Assembly (NCBI RefSeq): GCF_006345805.1
Contig: NC_042998.1
Span: 173,724,001 to 173,788,000, forward strand
Source: Octopus sinensis
Taxonomy: Eukaryota
Length of the DNA: 64,000 nt
Direction: 5' to 3'
The translations under genes and the position numbers were made by a program. Each line of letters begins with the position of its first letter. The stretch's first letter is position 1. A model generated the notes under the pieces. The model did not search any database and had not been told where the DNA came from. It saw only the letters and a list, made by a program, of their open reading frames with translations. Shown piece after piece: positions 11,868 through 24,464 of the stretch.

Positions 11868-13294
11868 TATTTCATTATATTGGCCATCAAGGCCTTACAT
11901 AGAGAAAGGAAGCTGCGGCATGGACATAGACATAATGTTATATGAAGTGAATAAAAGAAAATGAGGATTAATGGGGGAAACAGCGATGCCCGCCGATCGT
12001 TCTTTCCCGAGAATATTGATCTCTTAAGGTATTCATGAGGCAACAAACCTCTTACATTGTTCACAATATTCAAAACCAAATGAGGCACTAAGCCTCTTAC
12101 CTTTTTTCCCCAACTAGGAACTCTCAATCACACTGAGGCTTTTCAACCTCCTATCCATATCCCTACCCCAGATTCTTGACAGGGTCAAAACAGCTTTTGA
12201 CTCAACCTAATCAGCCGCAGGCAAACTGTTCACATTGAGGAGATTGGCTCTACTCCGACCCAGTCCCCGGCGGATACTCTCCTCTATCCACTTGGGTTCT
12301 ATCCCGGATGGCAACTCACAGACGCAAGCTCTTGTCAACTTCTTCCTACAAAACGTGGGAAGCAACAAAGTCTCTTTGCCCTCCAAGCGCTGGCTTGCAA
12401 ATTTGCGAGCCTCCTCAGGGGTGTTAAATAGCAACCATACCGTTGCATATTTGACCCCACTGGAGATGAATTTAATAGTTTTCAGATGCTCTGCCAACTC
12501 CCTTTCGATAACAGTCTTTTGAAATAGGGCGTTGGTGTCGAGCGACTTTGAGTAAGCCCTCAACACCACTGTCCTCTCTTCGAAGTTTTTCAACCACTGT
12601 TTGGGTGGTACAATTTCCCACTCCAAAACATTGTCCTTCTTCTTTGCTATGTTCTTTTTTTAATAAAAAGTTAAAAAACAGTTCAAGATAAAAATTTAAA
12701 AAAGAAAAGAAGGAAGAAAAAGAAAAAAATCAAAAGAATGTCACAACAAAAAGTAAAGAAGAAAAAAGAAAACAGTTCAATAAACAGAATGTCACAAAAA
12801 AAGATAGAAGGAAAGAAAACAACAATTCAAAAAAAACACAGCAAGCAATAAACTTCTGGCCACTCAGTAAGCAAGGACCATTTGGTAATCCAACTTGAAC
12901 CAGGAACGTCACAACTAGAATACAGCTTCCACAAAAATTGGTAAGAAGTTGTTGTATCTTCGGTGAATTCTCACAATTATTTTTTTTTAAAAACTATTCA
13001 TTTGAAATTAACAAATATTTGGATGCAAGATACATCCCCAGAACAACAATTCTCACAATTAAGTGAGAAAAACTATTCACTCAACTGTAGGCAGACCAGA
13101 GTCCAGAATCCAGTGAGGACTTCTTGTTTGTAAATAAAGAATTACGGCAAACAACAAACCCCCAATGGACTCAAAAACAAAAGTCTTACCTTACAGTTGA
13201 GCTTCTTTTTTAATCACAATTTCACCAGGTTCGAACCAGCGTCGCGACTTCAATCAGTGATAGGAATAACACTGACAACGGACGCATGCGTAGA
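11868..13294 (-). mobile_element. ORF1-only L1/Tx1-like retroelement, copy 1 (internally deleted), inserted in SINE A
   Basis: TSD GGGAAGCAAGCTTCTT (11852-11867) / GGGGAGCAAACTTCTT (13295-13310). ORF remnant 12180-12650 (LEWEIVPPKQWLKNFEERTVVLRAYS...) is homologous to copy 2, and the 3' UTR is shared, ending ATGAAATA. Confidence 0.8.
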
Positions 13295-13333
13295 GGGGAG
13301 CAAACTTCTTACCACTGTCACTCCTGCGCCTGT
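13295..13333 (-). mobile_element. SINE A head displaced by the insertion
   Basis: Plus strand reads GCAAACTTCTTACCACTGTCACTCCTGCGCC, the reverse complement of the SINE A 5' end. Confidence 0.8.
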
Positions 13334-14155
13334 GTGTATAGCGCGCGTGCACGAAAGAGAGATAATATAGGCAACGCGTGATAGCTGATTGATTATATGA
13401 GAACAGAATCGTTTCTGTAGGTTTATCAAATATTTGAAATTTTTTTTAAATGTTTCCAGTCGATCAATATTTATGAAGCACAGCATACTGGTTTGATCCT
13501 GATAAATCAAAACAAAGCACATCGAATGTAACTCGCAGTAACGATATCTATGATCAGTGAGCACTAAGCTGTCTGTCGTGTTGTATTCTCTAGATATTCA
13601 AGGCATTGTATTTGTCACGAGTATATAACAAATACGATCGTATGACCATTTGAATATTAAGTAGGAAGTTTATACAATACTGCAACACGAACAAAGTAGG
13701 TTTAACAAGAAAAGAGAAGGGAAAAAGAGAAAAAATACACGGAATATTTTCTTGCATTCGATAAAGCAAAATATACTGCCTGAAAGGTGAAATGTGATGG
13801 GAATATTCATTCTTGTAAATTATGAAAATACTGACCGATTTCACATCATTTTGAAGATAACTATAGCGTGGCATATTCTACAATCATAGAAGGTCACAGC
13901 TGACACCCTAATGCATTACAATATTATTTAATATATAATGGTTGCTACCCGCCTAATATCAACCAATGATTCTAATCAGCAAATATCTCAACTCACACAT
14001 ATATTCTTACTACTACGATTTAACAGAGTTAATCTTAAATCCATTTTCCCATCACTTTCTCTTTCTTCCTTTCCTTCTTTCTTTCCTTCTCTCTCTCTCT
14101 CTCCTCACACTCATATGCAGACACAGGTACATACATGCACACATTTTTATCTACG

Positions 14156-14202
<47 letters not shown>

Positions 14203-14335
14203 CCATGTATATATACACATAGTTATGTATACTTACATATACATTTGTGTCTGTACATGTCTATACATGCATACATACATACATGCATACATACATACAT
14301 TCATACATACATACATACATACATACATACATACA

Positions 14336-14366
<31 letters not shown>

Positions 14367-15855
14367 GAAAACTATCAACCAAACTAGTAACATCTCCATC
14401 AATGATTTGACCGTTTCCACTATATCTGACGAGGAATGTTACAGGTATCTAAGGGTGGATGAAAACATATCTTACAATGGCACCTGTAACAAAACACGTG
14501 CCGCTATAGAATATTAGAGCCGAATAAAGAAAATGTTGACCTCAGAACTCTCTGCGTTCAATGAAACAGTGGATCACAATGTGTTTACAGTGCCAGTACT
14601 CTTACCAACATTTGGGCTGCTTTATTGGACGCTTGATGAGATCCGAGCCATTGATGTAAAAACCCAAAGCATACTCACAAGCACACATAATTTCCAGATA
14701 AACGGTGACGTAGACCACCTCTACCTAAGATGAAAATAAGAGCAGACGCTTAACATTGATCCAAAATGCCTTTGAATGTCGCATCATATCCATTCGGCAA
14801 CAACTTGTAACCACCAAGTGCCGAGGTGCATCCCTTGACCAGGCTTGCATACAAGAAGCTAATGACATTATAAAACTTGGAAGGCAGCTCCTTGAGCAAC
14901 GTTCCTTGTCTGATAACATAGAATACATACCCAAAGTATCATCAGATGAAAGGATGAGCCTGTATGAGCAGAAGACTTGCATGGATATGTTAGTAGAAAG
15001 TACAGAGACGATAGAAACATCGAACATCAAAGCTGTTTATCATGGACCAATAGCCAGATTACTACCTCACACTTTGAAGTGTATGTGTTTGCAATCCAGA
15101 AACAGGAAATATTAACCAAGTACATAATGCACAAAAGGGATAGGATGCAGGAAAACCAGTAAAATATGACAACTGATGCAGAGCTTGTTATCACCGAAGA
15201 TATCACCCATATCATAAGCAGTTGTCCGAAAATTTCATGACGGTATTATCTACCAAATAGACATGATCTTGTAGCTAGGGCATTCCATAATGAAATCCGT
15301 GGGAAGGATGACCCCAAGGACAAAGAAATAAGAACCTACAGTATGGTAGAAGTCAAGTCCACTCATAATAAAAAGGAGTATTGGTGGAATGTCCTAGTGA
15401 AGACCTCAATAAGCACAACAGACATGTCCTAATGATTTGGGATAGCGAAGAGAAACTGTGAACAGCAGTGGAAATTAGCTGCCCAGCGGATGCTAACATA
15501 AAGCTGAAAATCAGTGAAAAAGAGAATACTTACGCTGACCTATTGAGAAATCTGCAGTTACCTTATCCAGATTACAAATTCATGTTTATACATGTAGTTA
15601 TTGGGGGCCTGGGAGATGTTACACACTGCCTAAATACCAATCTTGAGAAATTAGGCCTCTCAAACCAGAAAGGAGGAAGCTAATTGAAAGACTATAGATC
15701 CAATCCATCACTGGAAGTGTAAAAATCTGTAAAACTTTCTAGAACTTTATCATTTAAATATATATGAGCACGTCTAGATATGCAACTGTATGCATGAGAA
15801 TACGTACATAAAGCAAAACTTACAAATCTGCACATATACATCCACACATACATAC

Positions 15856-15902
<47 letters not shown>

Positions 15903-16108
15903 CATACATACATACATACATATATACATACATACATACATACATACATACATACATACATACATACATACATACATACATACATACATACATACATACA
16001 TGTATACTCTGTGGTTAATGTTGAAATTCTTATGAAGGAGCCTTGAATCTTGTTTAGAAACCGGATCTTTCTCTATTGGCAAGAAATCTTGAAATAAACT
16101 GAACAATG

Positions 16109-16109
<1 letters not shown>
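14367..16109 (+). mobile_element. 5'-truncated R4/Dong-type non-LTR element (RT C-terminus, zinc motif, RLE) flanked by (CATA)n
   Basis: CYRYLRVDE...WTLDEIRAIDVKT...DVDHLYLR; HIISSCPKIS*RYYLPNRHDLVA; VEISCPADANI...EKENTYADL...VVIGGLG. Multiple stops and frameshifts. Confidence 0.85.
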
Positions 16110-16163
<54 letters not shown>

Positions 16164-16475
16164 ATATATATGAGCAGAGAAAGAGAGATCAACAGCGTTA
16201 TGTGAGCCATCTTTGTTTATAATGCCTGTGCAAGAAAATTCTCTAAGATAAACATTCAAGAAGCAAGATAGATATTTCTTGCATAGCACCTTACTAAAAT
16301 CCTTGCGTATTTAGAAATGGTTGTAGATCAATGTTTACATTAGTTTAGCAATCCAGGTTTTCATTTGGAGAGAATTTCTTAGAAAAATTGCCTTGAACAT
16401 TTAGTGACCATATACTCGTATAATAGTCTTTCAATGGTTTTGTTAACTGTTTCGGGAATTCTTACGACACAGTAT

Positions 16476-16710
16476 ATTTATTTATTTATTACCCACAAGG
16501 GGATAAACATAGAGGTGACAAACAAGGACAAACAAACTGATTAAGTCGATTACATCGACTCCAGTACGTAACTGGTACTTATTTAATTGATCCAGAAAGG
16601 ATGAAAGGCAAAGTCCACCTCGGCGGAATTTGAACTCAGAACGTAACGGCAGACGAAATAGAGCTAAGCATTTCGCCCGGCGTGCTGACGATTCTACCAG
16701 CTCGCCGCGC
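16476..16710 (-). mobile_element. SINE B (full length)
   Basis: 13-bp TSD TACGACACAGTAT at 16463-16475 and 16711-16723. Confidence 0.9.
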
Positions 16711-17050
16711 TACGACACAGTATGTTGCTAGATAACATTTGACCCCATGTTGGCATTATCTGTCCTGTGACATGGTCCAATATTTTCTACTGAATTCTAG
16801 TAATACTCTTGATCAGGCTAATATGCTATGTGCACTGGATTTGTCTCCGATTTTGTAACAGGTTATACTAAATTACGTTCCCTGAGTAGCATTCATGAAT
16901 CACTTACACACATGCACGCGCGTAAATAAAAATTTTATTTACATCAATTCCTAGATATTTATACGTCGTTGCATGAGACATGAAATATTGAGAGAAACTA
17001 TATCATTTTCTTTGAAACATTCTGCTGCTCAAATATCTTTCCTATATCAG

Positions 17051-17144
17051 TTAATGGTATTCTAGATATTTCTGATGTAGATCAGAAAGTCGACAACAAA
17101 GAAATTATGGATAACATTCATGCTTCTTATTGTTGTCAAGCCAA
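17051..17144 (+). CDS. Candidate host exon (NGILDISDVDQKVDNKEIMDNIHASYCCQA)
   Basis: ctttcctatatcag acceptor, gtatat donor and an open frame; phase-compatible with a candidate at 16862-16921. Protein not recognised. Confidence 0.25.
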
Positions 17145-17344
17145 GTATATAATTGATGTATTTAAATAAAAGGGAAAAGAGTGAATTTAGACTACAACAA
17201 ATACAGCACAGATATTTTGTTTCCTTGAAATTTTCCTTTAGAAAGATTAAAATCAGGGACAACTGTTGTGCTTTTACTTACACTGATTGATCAAGTCTAC
17301 ATAATTTTTGACAAACACTAAGGCATTGGGTCACTATTAACAAA

Positions 17345-17500
17345 TCGAACTAGAGGTTAAGCTTCAGCCCAGGGTCGTAATGTTGTGAATTCAATTCCTG
17401 GACTTGGCGGCAGGTAGGATTTTTGAGCAAGGCCCTTCATTTCATTTTTACGCCAGTCTACTCAGCTGAATATGAGCATCAGCCGCGTATTGGTTGGTTC
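17345..17500 (+). mobile_element. Degenerate SINE C-like fragment
   Basis: TTTTGAGCAAGGCCCTTCATTTCA...CCAGTCTACTCAGCTG resembles the 34090-34416 copy. Confidence 0.5.
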
Positions 17501-17599
17501 GCCTTTCCCTCTCCTTCTAGCGGTTACATTCTGTGGATACTTTGGGGCTAAGGTATGAGAGAGACGAAAATATTTCTACGTCTAATCGCGAACATCGGC

Positions 17600-17880
17600 A
17601 GCAAAAGCAATTAGCGTAAGTATAGTGCAAGTCACCAGATCGAATTCATTCGCGGGTGAGGTCTGGCTCTTAGAATGTTTGTTCTCTCGTTGTAAACAAC
17701 TCATCCCTGCAAGTTTCTGAGTCAGTGTTAACTCTGAAAATTCTGTTGGTGACCTCTTTATCGATGTTTAAAACGCTTGAGAATGCTATGATGAGGTTGG
17801 AGAACCTATTAGCTGCCTGCAGCTTTTGTCCATTCACACAGACCTGGTATTATATGTATGGATTATCTCTTACACAGGCC
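17600..17880 (-). mobile_element. RTE-clade LINE ORF2 fragment
   Basis: QVCVNGQKLQAANRFSNL...LNIDKEVTNRI resembles the RTE/BovB motif VNGQKLQAVDKFTYLGS...IDDEV. Confidence 0.65.
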
Positions 17881-18689
17881 TAACATTCTTTATGTGGCCG
17901 AGTATTGTTTATTCTTATTTTAATTCCAAAATGTCCAAAGCTGTGAAAACTGATCCTTTCCCTCTATGTTTATTATTACTCATCAAAAACGTTGATACAG
18001 CAGCCGTCGTTGAAAATTATTTTCATGAGATTAGTCTCTTTTATTTTAGTCATTATTAAAAATAGTAGTTGTTGTACAGATTGTTTACCATGGGTGCTAC
18101 CATCAAACGGTTCGTTCATCATTACTACAAATGTCTTAAAAAACAACGGGGTCTACGAGACAGGTTTGTTGAACGTTACTGGGAACGTGTACTTAAATTT
18201 TGAGATTACAATACAATATGCAATATACAATGATTAATACCGAGTCAGTCTTTTTCTATACTAGTCACCTACTTAATTTTATCTTACCAAATTTCTTCTC
18301 TTAAAGTTCGCAAACATTTATAATCCCATCAATACTTCGCTCTGGATATCAGATTTTGCAAACACTGTTCCGAGATTCAAATTAAAATTCTAATTTCTAA
18401 AATTGCCACGAGATTTTTCTAGGCATATATGTAAAAGTTTTGAATATTTAAGGGAGTTTTAAAAATTTTGAATGTTTAAGGGTGTTTTAAAACAGTAATT
18501 TTTCGCTAGCCGCATATTTCATGTTTTTCCAAAGACAGTCGAGTGTAACAATCGAAACTATACTTTTCAAAAGTTATAAGGAAAGACAATGTACAAAAAA
18601 TTATGTGAAATTTTCTTGATTTCCATATAATACACATACACACACACTTACACAGACATGCAGGGAGTAAATAGATACCTTTAATTTTC

Positions 18690-19080
18690 GAAATCTTTTA
18701 TTTGATATAAATTTGTTGGAGGAGAGGTTTTCTTCTAGCTGCTCGTCCATAATACCCAAGCTACTGCAGATATGTAACACACGTTCTTGGACTAACTTCT
18801 TGCTGTTTTGCAATGTCAGAAGCCTTACAAGAGGGTTCGTTTTCCACAATTCTATTCAAACAGCGAAGTTTCATTTCCGAGGGCCCAGCTCGGCCTGGAC
18901 GAGAATCTGTTGATTCTTTTCCATGGCTTTTGAATTGCACAATAATTCTATTAACAGTAGCAAGAGGAATCTGAAGATTTTCGGCAATTTTTCGCTGGCT
19001 AAGACCAGCCTCAGATTGCCCGACAATACGACCTCTTTGAAAATCTGACAGTTGGGCTGAATTTTTTGTGCGTGGCATGG
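18690..19080 (-). pseudogene. Tc1-like transposase, N-terminal DNA-binding part only
   Basis: [46 protein letters not shown]...GRAG...ASDIA...*LGYYGRAARRKP; no DDE region follows. Confidence 0.85.
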
Positions 19081-19399
19081 TTACTCTTGCAAATGTTTAA
19101 TATAATGGCACCTGGAATGAAAAAGAAAAATTACATTGTAAATTCTACACCGCTGAAAACATAATAAGACGCTTAGATCAGAAATTTTGAAAATTAAAGG
19201 TGTCTATTTACTTCCTGCTTGTCTGTGTACACCTATACACACACATGCACATATGTGTGTGTATGCAAGTGCAAGTATGCTTTATTATCTGTATGCTTGT
19301 ATGTTTGTATGTATTTACACACACAGATACATATTTTTAGTGATTTCTGACAAAGGAACAAATCTTTAAATTTGCGAAATCTGGATAGTTAATAATATA

Positions 19400-19530
19400 A
19401 ACCCCAGTGGTTGAGAATTATATGTGCTCGATCCCGGACGATGGAAAAGAAAGACATAGGCAGGGTTTCAACTCTGAACATAAGAAGCGGGAAATACCTA
19501 CGCTGAAAGGTTTTTGCCAATTTTCCGGCT
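19400..19530 (-). mobile_element. Degenerate SINE B fragment
   Basis: Reverse complement reads GGTATTTC...TTATGTTCAGAGTTGAAA...CACTGGGG, a decayed match to SINE B. Confidence 0.5.
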
Positions 19531-20479
19531 TTGTGAATGTTTGCATACATGAGTTTTCGTGTGAGATATATGTGCGATATACGTGTATATACAATAACCA
19601 AACATGCATACTAGTATCCGTATATAGAAAACATGATATAGTCTGTAAAATGCCATACGTAATACGCAATTTTGTGTAAGAAACTGGAACCCTAAATGAT
19701 ATTAAAAATTAAATCATATGCAATGATTTGCAACTACCAGAAAAGTAGATGATTTATCATAATCCAATATATTGGTTTTAATATATTTTACATAAAACTT
19801 ACTGATATTAATACAAAAATGCTATATTAATACGAAAAATTATTAATATTTAATACATTTTTTTTTCTTGAAGAAAAGGTTTTTGGAAAATATGCCGACT
19901 AATTCTTCGTGATATGTGTCGCTTAATTTAAATTTGAGATTTTGCGAGGAAATTACACGTTACACATTGGAGTTTTACTGTATGTACATATTGAGAGAGT
20001 AATTTAAGGGGAGAATAATAAAAGGAGAGACTACTTTCTAACTGTATACGCATTTACATGCGTATGAATATAATTATAAGCACATTCATGTGTGCATGCG
20101 TTTATCTATACATATATGAATGGAAATATATTGGCATACTCAAACACACATGCATACACACAAACAGGCACTCAAATGTATGAACGCATGTGTATGTGTG
20201 TGTGTGTGTGTGCGTGCGTGTGTGTGTGTTGTGTTTGTATGTATATATATACTGATGCATATAAACTCATACAACTACACAATTCAACGCATACTCTTGA
20301 ACACGCGTGCATTCTATCCCGCAATCCCTTTCAATTCCAAATGCAAAAATATACATGCACATCTATCTATCTATGTCCTCTGTTCCTGTATGGGTGTAAG
20401 TATTAATGCTTGCTTTTATATCATGTTATATAAAAAGAACTATTTAAAACATTTTTATGTATTATCCTTGACAAGAAAA

Positions 20480-20635
20480 GGATCAATAAATGCATATAAA
20501 TACAAACATATATACATACATATATATATATGTATATATATATATATTATATATATATATATAATATATATATGTATATATTATATATATATGTGTGTGT
20601 GTGTGCGTGTGTATGTGTGTGTATGTATATATATG

Positions 20636-20678
<43 letters not shown>

Positions 20679-20708
20679 CATATATATATACACACACACA
20701 CATATATC

Positions 20709-20779
<71 letters not shown>

Positions 20780-20786
20780 TATATAC

Positions 20787-20817
<31 letters not shown>

Positions 20818-20902
20818 ATATATACATATATATATATATATAATATATATACATATATATATACATATATATATACATATAATATATATATACATAATAT
20901 AT

Positions 20903-20940
<38 letters not shown>

Positions 20941-20990
20941 GTATATATAATATATATATATAGGCAAATATATATATATATATATAGGCA
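20480..20990. repeat. Long degenerate (TA)n microsatellite
   Basis: Seen directly. Confidence 0.95.
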
Positions 20991-20994
20991 AATT

Positions 20995-21410
20995 TGTTGT
21001 TGAAAATGCGCTTAAATATGAAAAAAAACTTGTAATTGTTATAAAATAAATTTATTTACATATATACCAAACTAGTTTCAACAATATTTTTTTGTTTATC
21101 AATGGTAAAAATTTAGAATTATGAATTTTAAAAAAAACATGTTTAAAAGTTTCAATATTGACAAATTTAAATGTTCACAACAGTCAATAATATAAAAACT
21201 GTGGATAAACTTGTTTAAATGTACAAAATCCAATGGTGTTAGTAGTGATCGACAACAAAATTAATATCGTCAAAGTTTCAGTTATACTGAGTTAAGAGGG
21301 AGAAAAACAAGGGAGAAATGAAGATCGTAAAAAAAATGGGATTTGGTTTACAGTTTCCGTGATTCTCCTCCCGTCGTGTGCAGGTACTTTCTCTTGTAAT
21401 GGTGTTTTTT
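20995..21410 (+). repeat. Homologue of the 560-975 repeat
   Basis: Shares the same blocks as the 560-975 entry, in opposite orientation. Confidence 0.55.
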
Positions 21411-22399
21411 GGGAATCCGGTGTATTTATAATTTTTTTCCGAGCACGGATCTGATTTTTGATTCGTTAAAGTACAGGTGAAGTCTTGTTTTCCTGATGGT
21501 CAAGTTTGTCATTCTGCGTAGTTGGCTTCCCTGTGGGGAGCGGCCACCTGTTGGTTGATTCTCATAACACCAGTTGCTGACGTCACTTAACTCTAGGCCA
21601 ATGAAATTTGACATCTGATCAAAACCGAACTTCAGCAAATACAACAAAATGTTGCCTTATGTTTTTGTTTATACTTGCATAAAAACAAATTCTCACATGT
21701 CTACTTAATAATCTATTCTATACTTTTCATTATTTTATTACTTTACTATATTTTTGGCTTCTTGCATTTTTATCTCATTTCTATTGTATTTTTATTATAT
21801 TATAATGCACCTAAAATGTACTTTTATTAGTTCACTATAATATTAATTTAAATATTGCTTACCTATAATATTAATAACTATTTATAATATACTGCTATTA
21901 CATTCTTATAACCACATTCACAATTTCTTTTATTTACTACTCTAGAGAGATATAATGTCTTAATGCCATACTCAATTATTCATTTATATTCATTCTTTGT
22001 ATATAATAACTTCAATAAATATAGTACCTACCTCCTCTTTGTAGGGTTCACACCACATGTCTCTATACATTTATCAATTAACGGTTTGGAGCCGAACACT
22101 CAACACACTGGAGCATGAAAATCTAATGTTATATTTTTAGCTACTTCCAGAGAGATTCAGCTTTAAAATGTTTTTTATTATGCTAATTAATTTCTAAAAG
22201 TCTTGAATCGAAACAGCTGTCAGAGATGATGTCTCTCTCTATTTTCGTATATTTTCTTAAAAATATATATAAACCCCGATTTATCCAGTTACCTTACAGT
22301 TGAATATTAATTGTAATATACAACACTTCTGCTAATAAGTAATAAATCAGTAAATTCCATGGATTTTATTATTCCTTAATGAGGTTGCTAACCTTTATT

Positions 22400-23090
22400 T
22401 GAACTTATATATATATATATAGAAGATGTAAAAAACACAACAAACGGAAATCGTCAAACATAAGCAGAAAAGGGACGATAGCACAACAACGGCAAACAGG
22501 ACAAAAGAAGATATAATGATCAATCGCAGCCAATTGCTTCTTCAGTCGGTGTCTGGAATGTCCACGTAGTTTCGCCTAATCCTCTCCGATACTACTTGAA
22601 ACGAGTTGAACCAAGGACTTAAGCTGAAGGCATTAAGTTCCTGAGTAAGGCAAACGAATGTATATATACAAACACAAGGAAGTAACAAACACCGAGGGTC
22701 TTTCGACTATCGGACGAACGTAACAGAAGAAATAGAATTATACAGATACAGTGGACAAAAGCCATTTTTTCTCCACAACAAAAATAAAACAAAACAGTGT
22801 CTTTCGACTATTAGACAGTGTAGTAAGCTCACGCAAGGAAAAAGGAAATGGAAAAATCTTAACTGACCGAGTGGTGAGACAGACGAGATGCGACTGACCT
22901 CAAAGGCGATCAGCCAAAAAGGTCGACAATGCATAAACTGGACAGTGATCACGTGGTAGATGAGGGGAGGAGTTGAACAAGACAGAGGGACTAAGAAATA
23001 GGAGAGAGAGGAAAGAAAGAATGAGAACCAAATAATGAGAGGGAGGGATATGTATATATATATTAAGGTGAAAAAGGTATTTTTCATATG
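22400..23090 (-). mobile_element. Probable Penelope-like 3' tail remnant
   Basis: CT-rich to T-rich tail on the minus strand, two GTC-GAAA-GAC hairpins and a degenerate CTGAAGAAGC motif near 22530. Confidence 0.3.
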
Positions 23091-23177
23091 CTGGCCACTG
23101 ACAAAATTGAAATTTATTAGTATATATATATATGTATATATATATTGGAAGGTTTGGAGATGATGTACAGGTATTAT

Positions 23178-23464
23178 ATATTAGAAGAAATGAGGTAATC
23201 AGAAGATCGGATGGTTTATATTTACAGATATTTATTTATATATTACATTTTTTACATATATATCATATCATTTAGATCATTAGCGCTTTCTCCCATTCTA
23301 GTGGGGTTTTCAAATAATTTTTTTTAATTTGAAAACCCCACTAGAATGGGAGAAAGCGCTAATGATCTAAATGATATGATACATATGTAAAAAATGGAAT
23401 ATATAAATAAATATCTGTAAATATAAACCATCCGATCTTCTGATTACCTCATTTCTTCTAATAT
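23178..23464. repeat. Near-perfect palindrome, ~138-bp arms, 11-nt loop
   Basis: Arms match with two mismatches by eye; loop at 23316-23326. Confidence 0.95.
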
Positions 23465-24045
23465 GTATATATATATATATATTTGTAAGCTTGTACGTAT
23501 CTGTATTTATTAGAGAAATGTGGTGAATGAAAAATTAGTAAAGAGTCTATTTTCTATGGCCAATATACGGTGGAAACTTATAATTTTATTTACTAAATGT
23601 ATGTGTGTGTGTGTGTGTGAGTATGTAAGTTGTCCGTTATCAAATTCCTTATCGACTGTCCATAGTTGTCTTTTTTCTCTAGTAATATTTTTATCAGATA
23701 GACAGCACGTGAGCAATCGATTTCTACAACATATTTTTTTATTTGTCGTCCCAAACCCAATATTGAATTGGTTGTGTTTTACTTTGACTGCATATTTTTT
23801 CTTTTCTATTTTTTTCTGAAGTTCTATCATTTTTCTGTTGTTCCACCAATCTCCCTATGCCCACCTCCTTGCATTGTCATTTTTCATTCTTATTCTAAAG
23901 TACTTTACCATGGCTAAAATATAATGCCTTATGGGAAAGTTGTTTCTGAAGAACATGTTTTCGTAGTTGACAAAGATGTACATTCAGTGGTAGCTAATGT
24001 GTTTCTTGTTTGCTTTGTTTTTTTTTGTTTTTTTTCATCTAGCAG

Positions 24046-24096
24046 GTACTTAATGGAAATTTCTTCTTCCTCGATTACATGGAAGCAGCCTTGAGG
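24046..24096 (+). CDS. Candidate 51-nt phase 0-0 host exon (VLNGNFFFLDYMEAALR)
   Basis: ~40-nt polypyrimidine tract plus TAGCAG acceptor and AGG|gtgaga donor. Only the phase-0 frame is stop-free. Confidence 0.5.
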
Positions 24097-24464
24097 GTGA
24101 GATTATATAAACTCGTCGATATTGCATGACATGTTTATAGTGTAGTTTATGGTAGGTGTTTCCCATTCCAAGTAAGCAAAAAACCACCTTGTTAATGGAC
24201 TAGTCTCTTTCTTTTACTTTTTGTTACGTTTTAGCCGTCCCCTAGAAAGACAATGTCAGTTTTTATTTCATAGTTCTTCTCAAGTTACTGAACTATTAGA
24301 AACTTGTTTTAGTTTCCATGTTCACAAACTTTGTGGAAAATAGTAGCTGAACTTTTTCCTATGCTGGAGATGAGGTTACATCTATTACAATCCTGGCTTC
24401 ATACTATGTTAGGCAGATATAAAACCACAACTGACATTTCTATAAGTGAGATATATGCAAGGAT

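Noticed and set aside
13228-13333. SINE A box plus GGTTCGAACC in the insert reconstituting a Pol III promoter
   Set aside because: Copy 2 has no clear equivalent B box, and T runs soon downstream would terminate Pol III long before the ORF.
21660-22150. Possible mitochondrial insertion (very AT-rich, PPL..GF-like peptide)
   Set aside because: No sustained frame or recognisable mitochondrial gene by eye; a BLASTn against the mitogenome would settle it.
22290-22330. Minus-strand exon candidate KCCILQLIFNCK with AAG|gtaact
   Set aside because: Isolated, with no supporting minus-strand exon chain; plausible by chance.
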